From the human T2T-CHM13v2.0 reference genome, Homo sapiens, in assembly GCA_009914755.4 (NCBI GenBank), contig CP086569.2:29344001-29408000 (forward strand): a DNA stretch of 64,000 nucleotides, read 5' to 3'. A model generated the notes under the pieces. The model was not told the DNA's origin, ran no database searches, and saw nothing but the letters and a program-made list of their open reading frames with translations. Shown one piece after another: positions 54,071 through 64,000 of the stretch; the first letter of the stretch is position 1, and each line of letters starts with the position of its first letter. Made by a program: the position numbers and the translations under genes.

Positions 54071-57000
54071 ATGGAATCAAATCAATGGAATCTAATCAAA
54101 TGGAATGGAAAGGAATTGAATGGAGTAGATGGGATTGGATGTGATTGGAATGAAATGTACTGGAAAAGACTCGAATTTTATGAAACGGTATGGAATGAAT
54201 TGGAACGGAATGGACTCGAATGGAATGGAATGTCATGGAATGGCATCAAATGGAATGGCATCAAATGGAATGGAATCGAATGCAATGGAATGCTATGGAA
54301 TGGAATGGAATGCATTGGAATGGAATGTCCTCTAATGGAATGGATTCGAGTGGAATGGAATCGAATATAATGGAGTCGAATGAAATGGAATTGAAAGGAA
54401 TGGGATCGAATACAATGGAATATACTGGAATGTAACGTAATGAACTCGAATGTAATTGACTGGAATGGAATGTACATGAATGGAATGTAATCGAATGGAA
54501 AGTAATCCAATGGAATAGAATCTAATGCAATAAAATCGACTCAAATAGAATAGAATGTAATGGAATGGAGTGCAGTGCAATGGAATGGAATGGAATGGAA
54601 TGCAATGCAATGGAATGTAATGGAATGGAATGGAATGGGATGGAATGGTATGGAATGGATAGTAATGGACTGGAGTGAAATGGACTGGAAAGGAATGGAC
54701 TCAAATTGAAAGGGCTCGAAAGGAATGGAGTCAAATGGAATGGTCTGGAATGGAATGAACACGAATGTAATGCAATCCAATAGAATGGAATCGAATGGCA
54801 TGGAATATAAAGAAATGGAATCGAAGAGAATGGAAACAAATGGAATGGAATTGAATGGAATGGAATTGAATGGAATGGGAAGGAATGGAGTGAAATTGTA
54901 TGCAGTAGAAGAGAATAGAATGGAATGCAAGCGAAAGGAAAGGAATGGATTGCAATGGAATGGAATTCATTGGAATGGAAGGGAATGTAGTGTAATGGAC
55001 AGGCCTGGAATAAAGTGGAATGCTACGGTCTCGAATGGAATAAAAATGTATGGAATGGAATGCAATGAAACGGAATCGAATGTCATAGAATGTAATGGAA
55101 TGCAAAAAAATGGAATCCAAAATCATTGACTGGAAAGGCTGTGTGTCGAAAGGAATTGACTCCAATGGAATGGAATCGAATGGAATGGAAGTGAATAGAA
55201 TCGAACTAAATCGAATGGAATGGAATTGATAGGAACGGAATGGAAAGGAATGCAATGATTTGGCATGGAATGGAATCGAATGGCATCGAACGGAATGGAA
55301 TGGAATGCAATGGAATGGAATGTATTAGAATGTAATGAACATTAATGGAATGTACTCGAATGGATTCGACTGGAATGGAATGTTCTAGAAGTGAATGGAC
55401 TCCAATGGAATGGATTCGAAAGGAATGGAATCGAACGGAATGGCATCTAATGGAATGGAATTAAATGGAAATGAATCAAATTGAATAGCACGGAATTGAA
55501 TTGAATGGAATCGAATGCAATGGAATCTAATGAAACGGAAAGGAAAGGAATGGAATGGAATGGAATGGGCTGGAATGGAATGGAATCGAAACGAATGGAA
55601 TGGAATCGAACTGAAGAGACTGGAATGGAATGCACTGGAATGGAAGGGAGTGTAGTGGAAGGTTCTCAAAAAAAATGGAATCGAATGGAATGGAATTGAA
55701 TGGAACGGAATAGAGTCGAATGGAATTGAATGGAATGGAATGGACTAGAGTGAAATGGAATCGAACCACAAGGAATGGACTGGAATAGAATGGTCTCGAA
55801 TTGAAAGGAATCGTATGGAATGGCATCAAACGGAATGGAATGGACAGCCACGGAATGGAATGCACTCGAATGCAATGGAGTCGAAACTAATGGACTGGAA
55901 TAGAATGGACTCGACTGGTACGGACTCCAATGTAATGGAATCGAATGGAAGGGAATCGAACGCAATGGACTCGAAGGGAAAAGACTGCAATGGAAAGGTC
56001 TCGAATGGAATGGAAATTAATGGAATGGAATGGAATCGAATGAAATGGAGTCAAAAGGAATGGAATCGAATGGCAAGAAATCGAATGGAATGGAATCACA
56101 AGGAATTGATGTGAACGGAACGGAATGGAATGGAATCCAAAGGAATGGAATAGAATGGAATGGAATCGAATGGAAAGGACTCGAATGGAAATCACTCGAA
56201 TAGAATGCAATTTAATAAAATAGGATCAAATGTAATGGAATGGAATGGAAAGGAATCGAAATGAAAGGAATGGAGACAGATGGAATGGAATGGAACAGAG
56301 AGCAATGGTATAGAATGGAATGGAATCATCTGGAATGGAATTGAATGGAATGGAATAATATGAAATGGAATGGAATGGAATGGAATGCCCTTGAATTAAA
56401 TGGACTGGAATGGAATGGACTCGAACAGAGTGGAATGGAAAGTGTTGAAATAGAATGGAATGGACTCCTTTGGAATGGTCTAGTATGCAATGCAATCGAC
56501 TGGCAGGGAATCAAAAGGAATGTAATGGAATGGATTGGACTGGAATGCAATGGACTCGAATAGATTGGAAACGGAATGCAAAGGAATGGAATGGAATAGT
56601 ATGGAATGGAATGGAAAGGAATGGAGTGGAATAGACTAGAGTGGAATGGAATGGACTGGAAAGCAATGGACTGGAATGGAACTTTATTGAATGGACTGGA
56701 ATCAAACGGAATGGAATGCAATGCAATCAAATGGCATGGAATAAAATAGAATGAAAGAGAATCAAATGGAATTGAATCGAATGGAATCGAATGGATTGGA
56801 AAGGAATAGAATGGAATGGAATGGAATTGACTCAAATGGAATGGACTAGAATGGAATGGATTCGAATGGAAGGCAAAGGAATGGAATCTATTGGAATGGA
56901 CTGTAATGGAATGGAATGGAAGGGATTGGAATGGACTCGAATGGAATGGACTGCAATAGAAAGGATTCGAATGGAATGAAAAAGAATTGAATGGAATAGA

Positions 57001-57619
57001 ACAGAATGGAATCAAATCGAATGAAATGCAATGGAATAGAAAGGAATGGAATGAAATGGAATGGAAAGGATTCGAATGGAATGCAATCGAATGGAATGGA
57101 ATCGAACGGAATGGAATAAAATGGAAGAAAACTGGCAAGAAATGGAATCGAAATGAATGGAGTGTTATGGAACGGACTCAAAAGGAATTGAATGTAATAG
57201 AATGGAGTGGAGTGGACTCGAATATAATGGACTGGAATGGAATGAAATCACATGGAATGGGAACGAATGGAATGGAATGGAAAGGAATGGAATCGAATGG
57301 AAAGGAATCGAATGGAAGGGAATGAAATTGAATCAACAGGAATGGAAGGGAATAGAATAGACGGTAATGGAATGGACTCGAATAGAATGGACACGAATGT
57401 TCAAATTGAATGGACTCGAATGGAATGGAAACGAAAGGAATGTCATCGAATGGAATTGAATCGATTGGAATGAAATCGCATAGAATGGAGTGGAATCAAA
57501 TGGAATTGAATCGAAAGGAAAGGAAGCGAATGGACTGAAATGAAATGGAATGGAATTGAATGGAAAGTAATGCAATGGAATAGAATGGAAAGAAATTTCA
57601 CAGAATGGAATCAAACTGA
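54071..57619 (+). repeat. HSat3 HOR unit U11 (3549 bp), near-identical to U10
   Basis: Same private variants as U10 and the same length. Confidence 0.85.
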
Positions 57620-60600
57620 ATGGAATCAAATCAATGGAATCTAATCAAATGGAATGGAAAGGAATTGAATGGAGTAGATGGGATTGGATGGGATTGGAAT
57701 GAAATGTACTGGAAAAGACTCGAATTTTATGAAACGGAATGGAATGAATTGGAACGGAATGGACTCGAATGGAATGGAATGTCATGGAATGGCATCAAAT
57801 GGAATGGCATCAAATGGAATGGAATCGAATGCAATGGAATGCTATGGAATGGAATGGAATGCATTGGAATGGAATGTCCTCTAATGGAATGGATTCGAGT
57901 GGAATGGAATCGAATATAATGGAGTCGAATGAAATGGAATTGAAAGGAATGGGATCGAATACAATGGAATATACTGGAATGTAACGTAATGAACTCGAAT
58001 GTAATTGACTGGAATGGAATGTACATGAATGGAATGTAATCGAATGGAAAGTAATCCAATGGAATAGAATCTAATGCAATAAAATCGACTCAAATAGAAT
58101 AGAATGTAATGGAATGGAGGGCAGTGCAATGGAATAGAATGGAATGGAATGCAATGCAATGGAATGTAATGGAATGGAATGGAATGGGATGGAATGGTAT
58201 GGAATGGATAGTAATGACTGGAGTGAAATGGACTGGAAAGGAATGGACTCAAATTGAAAGGGCTCGAAAGGAATGGAGTCAAATGGAATGGTCTGGAATG
58301 GAATGAACACGAATGTAATGCAATCCAATAGAATGGAATCGAATGGCATGGAATATAAAGAAATGGAATCGAAGAGAATGGAAACAAATGGAATGGAATT
58401 GAATGGAATGGAATTGAATGGAATGGGAAGGAATGGAGTGAAATTGTATGCAGTAGAAGAGAATCGAATGGAACGCAAGCGAAAGGAAAGGAATGGATTG
58501 CAATGGAATGGAATTCATTGGAATGGAAGGGAATGTAGTGTAATGGACAGGCCTGGAATAAAGTGGAATGCTACGGTCTCGAATGGAATAAAAATGTATG
58601 GAATGGAATGCAATGAAACGGAATCGAATGTCATAGAATGTAATGGAATGCAAAAAAATGGAATCCAAAATCATTGACTAGAAAGGCTGTGTGTCGAAAG
58701 GAATTGACTCCAATGGAATGGAATCGAATGGAATGGAAGTGAATAGAATCGAACTAAATCGAATGGAATGGAATTGATAGGAACGGAATGGAAAGGAATG
58801 CAATGATTTGGCATGGAATGGAATCGAATGGCATCGAATGGAATGGAATGGAATGCAATGGAAAGGAATGTATTAGAATGTAATGAACATTAATGGAATG
58901 TACTCGAATGGATTCGACTGGAATGGAATGTTCTAGAAGTGAATGGACTCCAATGGAATGGATTCGAAAGGAATGGAATCGAACGGAATGGCATCTAATG
59001 GAATGGAATTAAATGGAAATGAATCAAATTGAAAAGCACGGAATTGAATTGAATGGAATCGAATGCAATGGAATCTAATGAAACGGAAAGGAAAGGAATG
59101 GAATGGAATGGAATGGGCTGGAATGGAATGGAATCGAAACGAATGGAATGGAATCGAACTGAAGAGACTGGAATGGAATGCACTGGAATGGAAGGGAGTG
59201 TAATGGAAGGTTCTCGAAAAAAATGGAATCGAATGGAATGGAATTGAATGGAACGGAATAGAGTCGAATGGAATTGAATGGAATGGAATGGACTAGAGTG
59301 AAATGGAATCGAACCACAAGGAATGGACAGGAATAGAATGGTCTCGAATTGAAAGGAATCGTATGGAATGGCATCAAAAGGAATGGAATGGACAGCCACG
59401 GAATGGAATGCACTCGAATGCAATGGAGTCGAAACTAATGCACTGGAATAGAATGGACTCGACTGGTACGGACTCCAATGGAATGGAATCGAATGGAAGG
59501 GAATCGAACGCAATGGACTCGAAGGGAAAATACTGCAATGGAAAGGTCTCGAATGGAATGGAAATTAATGGAATGGAATGGAATCGAATGAAATGGAGTC
59601 AAAAGGAATGGAATCGAATGGCAAGAAATCGAATGTAATGGAATCACAAGGAATTGATGTGAACGGAACGGAATGGAATGGAATCCAAAGGAATGGAATA
59701 GAATGGAATGGAATCGAATGGAAAGGACTCGAATGGAAATCACTCGAATAGAATGCAATTTAATAAAATAGGATCAAATGTAATGGAATGGAATGGAAAG
59801 GAATCGAAATGAAAGGAATGGAGACAGATGGAATGGAATGGAACAGAGAGCAATGGTATAGAATGGAATGGAATCATCTGGAATGGAATTGAATGGAATG
59901 GAATAATATGAAATGGAATGGAATGGAATGTAATGCCCTTGAATTAAATGGACTGGAATGGAATGGACTCGAACAGAGTGGAATGGAAAGTGTTGAGATA
60001 GAATTGAATGGACTCCTTTGGAATGGTCTAGTATGCAATGCAATCGACTGGCAGGGAATCAAAAGGAATGTAATCGAATGGATTGGAGTGGAATGCAATG
60101 GACTCGAATAGATTGGAAACGGAATGTAAAGGAATGGAATGGAATAGTATGGAATGGAATGGAAAGGAATGGAGTGGAATAGACTAGAGTGGAATGGAAT
60201 GGACTGGAAAGCAATGGACTGGAATGGAACTTTCTTGAATGGACTGGAATCAAACGGAATGGAATGCAATGCAATCAAATGGCATGGAATAAAATAGAAT
60301 GAAAGAGAATCAAATGGAATTGAATCGAATGGAATCGAATGGATTGGAAAGGAATAGAATGGAATGGAATGGAATTGACTCAAATGGAATGGACTAGAAT
60401 GGAATGGATTCGAATGGAAGGCAAAGGAATGGAATCTATTGGAATGGACTGTAATGGAATGGAATGGAAGGGATTGGAATGGACTCGAATGGAATGGACT
60501 GCAATAGAAAGGATTCGAATGGAATGAAAAAGAATTGAATGGAATAGAACAGAGTGGAATCAAATCGAATGAAATGGAATGGAATAGAAAGGAATGGAAT

Positions 60601-61151
60601 GAAATGGAGTGGAAAGGATTCGAATGGAATGCAATCGAATGGAATGGAATCGAACGGAATGGAATAAAATGGAAGAAAACTGGCAAGAAATGGAATCGAA
60701 ATGAATGGAGTGTTATGGAACGGACTCAAAAGGAATTGAATGTAATAGAATGGAGTGGAGTGGACTCGAATATAATGGACTGGAATGGAATGAAATCACA
60801 TGGAATGGGAACGAATGGAATGGAATGGAATGGAAGGGAATGAAATTGAATCAACAGGAATGGAAGGGAATAGAATAGACGGTAATGGAATGGACTCGAA
60901 TAGAATGGACACGAATGCTCAAATTGAATGGACTCGAATGGAATGGAAAAGAAAGGAATGTCATCGAATGGAATTGAATCGATTGAAATGAAATCGCATA
61001 GAATGGAGTGGAATCAAATGGAATTGAATCGAAAGGAAAGGAAGCGAATGGACTGAAATGAAATGGAATGGAATTGAATGGAAAGTAATGCAATGGAATA
61101 AAATGGAACGAAATTTCACGGAATGGAATCAAACTGAATGGAATCAAATCA
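57620..61151 (+). repeat. HSat3 HOR unit U12 (3532 bp), carrying a 30-bp (6-pentamer) deletion near 60820 and a 1-bp deletion near 58216
   Basis: Sequence at 60811-60842 reads ggaatggaatggaatggaagggaatgaaattg. In other units the sequence between ggaatggaatgg and aagggaatgaaattg is ~30 bp longer (aaaggaatggaatcgaatggaaaggaatcgaatgg instead of the aatgg seen here). At 58211 aatgactgg replaces aatggactgg. Confidence 0.8.
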
Positions 61152-64000
61152 ATGGAATATAATCAAATGGAATGGAAAGGAATAGAATGGAGTAGATTGG
61201 ATTGGATGGGATTGGAATGAAATGGAATGGAAAGGACTCGAATTTCAGGAAACAGAAGGGAATGAATTGGAACGGAATGGACTCGAATGGAATGGAATGT
61301 CATGGAATGGCATCAAATGGAATGGCATCAAATGGAATGGAATCGAATGCACTGGAATGCTATGGAATGGAATGGAATGCATTGGAATGGAATGTCCTCT
61401 AATGGAATGGATTCGAGTGGAATGGAATCGAATATAATGGAGTCGAATGAAATGGAATTGAAATGAATGGGATCGAATACAATGGAATATACTGGAATGA
61501 AACGTAATGAACTCGAATGTAATTGACTGGAATGGGATGTACATGAATGGAATGTAATCGAATGGAAAGTAATCCAATGGAATAGAATCCAATGCAATAA
61601 AATCGACTCAGATAGAATAGAATATAATAGAATGGAGTGCAGTGCAATGGAATGGAATGGAATGGAATGCAATGGAATGGAATGGAATGGCATGGAATAG
61701 AATGGGACGGAATGGTATGGAATGGATAGTAATGGACTGGAGTGAAATGGGCTGGAAAGCAATGGACTCAATTTGAAAGCGCTCGAAACGAATGGAGTCA
61801 AATGGAATGGTCCGGAATGGAATGAACACGAATGTAATGCAATCCAATAGAATGGAATCGAATGGCATGGAATATAAAGAAATGGAATCGAAGAGAATGG
61901 AAACAAATGGAATGGAATTGAATGGAATGGGAACGAATGGAGTGAAATTGTATGCAGCAGAAGAGTATAGAATGGAATGCAAGCAAAAGGAAAGGAATGG
62001 ATTGGAATGGAATGGAATTCATTGGAATGGAAGGGAATGTAGTGTAATGGACAGGCCTGGAATAAAGTGGAATGCTACGGTCTCGAATGGAATAAAAATG
62101 TATGGAATGGAATGCAATGAAACGGAATCGAATGTCATAGAATGTAATGGAATGCAAAAAAATGGAATCCAAAATCATTGACTGGAAAGGCTGGGTGTCG
62201 AAAGGAATTGACTCCAATGGAATGGAATCGAATGGAATGGAAGTGAATAGATTCGAACTAAATCGAATGGAATGGAATTGATAGGAACTGAATGGAAAGG
62301 AATGCAATGCTTTGGCATGGAATGGAATCGAATGGCATCGAATGGAATGGAATGGAATGCAATGGAATGGAATGTATTAGAATGTAATGAACTTTAATGG
62401 AATGTACTCGAATGGATTCGATTGGAATGGAGTGTTCTGGAAGTGAATGGACTACAATGGAATGGATTCGAAAGAAATGGAATCGAACGGAATGGAATCT
62501 AATGGAATGGAATTAAATGGAAAGGAATCAAATTGAATAGCACGGAATTGAATTGAATGGAATCGAATGCAATGGAATCTAATGAAACGGAAAGGAAAGG
62601 AATAGAATGGAATGGAATGGGCTGTAATGGAAAGGAATCGAAACGAATGGAATGGAATCGAACTTAAGAGACTGGAATGGAATGCACTGGAATGGAAGGG
62701 AGTGTAATGGAAAGTTCTCGAAAAAAATGGAATCGAATGGAATGGAATTGAATGGAACGGAATTGAGTCGAATGGAATTGAATGGAATGGAATGGACTAG
62801 AGTGAAATGGAATCGAACCACAAGGAATGGACAGGAATAGAATGGTCTCGAATTGAATGGAATCGTATGGAATGGCATCAAACGGAATGGAATGGACAGC
62901 CACGGAATGGAATGCACTCGAATGCAATGGAGTCGAAACTAATGGACTGGAATAGAATGGACTCGACTGGTACGGACTCCAATGGAATGGAATCGAATGG
63001 AAGGGAATCGAACGGAATGGACTCGAAGGGAAAAGACTGCAATGGAAAGGTCTCGAATGGAATGGAAGTTAATGGAATGGAATGGAATCGAATGAAATGG
63101 AGTCAAAAGGAATGGAATCGAATGGCAAGAAATCGAATGTAATGGAATCGCAAGGAATTGATGTGAACGGAACGGAATGGAATGGAATCCAAAGGAATGG
63201 AATAGAATGGAATGGAATCGAATGGAAAGGACTCGAATGGAAATCACTCGAATAGAATGAAATTTAATAAAATAGGATCAAATGTAATGGAATGGAATGG
63301 AAAGGAATCAAAACGAAAGGAATGGAGACAGATGGAATGGAATGGAACAGAGAGCAATGGTATAGAATGGAATGGAATCATCTGGAATGGAATTGAATGG
63401 AATGGAATAATATGAAATGGAATGGAATGGAATGGAATGTCCTTGAATTAAATGGACTGGAATGGAATGGACTCGAACAGAGTGGAATGGAAAGTGTTGA
63501 GATAGAATGGAATGGACTCCTTTGGAATGGTCTAGTATGCAATGCAATCGACTGGCAGGGAATCAAAAGGAATGTAATCGAATGGATTGGACTGGAATGC
63601 AATGGACTCGAATAGATTGGAAACGGAATGTAAAGGAATGGAATGGAATAGTATGGAATGGAATGGAAAGGAATGGAGTGGAATAGACTAGAGTGGAATG
63701 GAATGGACTGGAAAGCAATGGACTGGAATGGAACTTTCTTGAATGGACTGGAATCAAACGGAATGGAATGCAATGCAATCAAATGGCATGGAATAAAATA
63801 GAATGAAAGAGAATCAAATGGAATTGAATCGAATGGAATCGAATGGATTGGAAAGGAATAGAATGGAATGGAATGGAATTGACTCAAATGGAATGGACTA
63901 GAATGGAATGGATTCGAATGGAAGGCAAAGGAATGGAATCTATTGGAATGGACTTTAATGGAATGGAATGGAAGGGATTGGAATGGACTCGAATGGAATG
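61152..64000 (+). repeat. HSat3 HOR unit U13 (partial, runs off the window; subtype A-like, more diverged)
   Basis: The anchor motif at 61152 has the atggaatataatcaaatgg variant. The GTNGVKLY / LEWNGIHW subtype-A markers are present, and the 15-bp sub-repeat is missing as in U2. There are many private substitutions relative to U3-U12. Confidence 0.8.

Larger units (their letters stand above)
12978..64000 (+). repeat. HSat3 (classical satellite III, (GGAAT)n-derived) array organised in ~3.5-kb higher-order repeats; DYZ1-like. GGAAT-rich strand is +
   Basis: The whole region is built of diverged GGAAT/TGGAA pentamers and their variants (cgaat, tgaat, caaat, gcaat, ggact). The long-range period is 3518-3554 bp, seen from the recurrent anchor atggaatctaatcaaatggaatggaaagg at 14046, 17578, 21132, 24650, 28189, 31727, 37575, 41124, 46972, 50522, 54071, 57620 and 61152. 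The classical DYZ1 HaeIII unit is ~3.56 kb. By eye there is one GGCC (HaeIII) site per unit, for example acaggcctgg at ~14958 and ~18496. Confidence 0.95.

Noticed and set aside
12978-64000. CRISPR-like or other prokaryotic repeat-spacer array or novel prokaryotic system
   Set aside because: The repeats are contiguous diverged pentamers with no unique spacers and no flanking genes of any kind. The presence of a primate Alu and classical human satellite sequence shows the window is eukaryotic heterochromatin.
12978-64000. Alpha-satellite / centromere core
   Set aside because: There is no 171-bp periodicity and no CENP-B box. The sequence is pentamer-based (GGAAT), i.e. HSat2/3 class.

Overview
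This window is eukaryotic (human or hominid) constitutive-heterochromatin satellite DNA, not a prokaryotic gene neighbourhood. I found no protein-coding genes, RNA genes, CRISPR arrays, operons or regulatory modules that I can support, and no previously undescribed biological system. Two tandem-repeat families abut. (1) Positions 1-12977 hold five and a partial sixth copy of a ~2.42-kb unit. Each unit is ~1.55 kb of nearly pure A/T low-complexity sequence, one antisense, 5'-truncated Alu element of ~298 bp, and ~570 bp of ordinary-complexity sequence. This is the architecture of HSat1B / DYZ2. (2) Positions 12978-64000 hold a (GGAAT)n-based HSat3 array with the GGAAT strand on +, organised into higher-order repeat (HOR) units of ~3.52-3.55 kb, consistent with the classical 3.56-kb DYZ1 unit. 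Adjacent DYZ2- and DYZ1-like arrays are the known make-up of human Yq12. Assignment to Y is likely but not proven from sequence alone, because HSat1B and HSat3 also occur on acrocentric chromosomes and elsewhere. Every ORF in the supplied track, on both strands, is a frame artefact of the pentamer periodicity. Translating GGAAT-rich DNA gives WNGME-type peptides on + and IPFHS-type peptides on -. The most interesting content is structural. There is a sharp DYZ2/DYZ1 junction at 12977/12978 with diverged, rearranged edge copies on both sides. Two expanded 5.85-kb HOR variants carry an internal 1142-bp segment in three tandem copies. A ~9.4-kb super-unit (5.85 kb + 3.55 kb) is present twice with shared private variants. 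Two adjacent HOR units are near-identical. Two unit subtypes (A and B) differ by diagnostic substitutions, and their distribution hints at larger-scale structure. Indels come in pentamer multiples, and CpG-decay signatures are visible.
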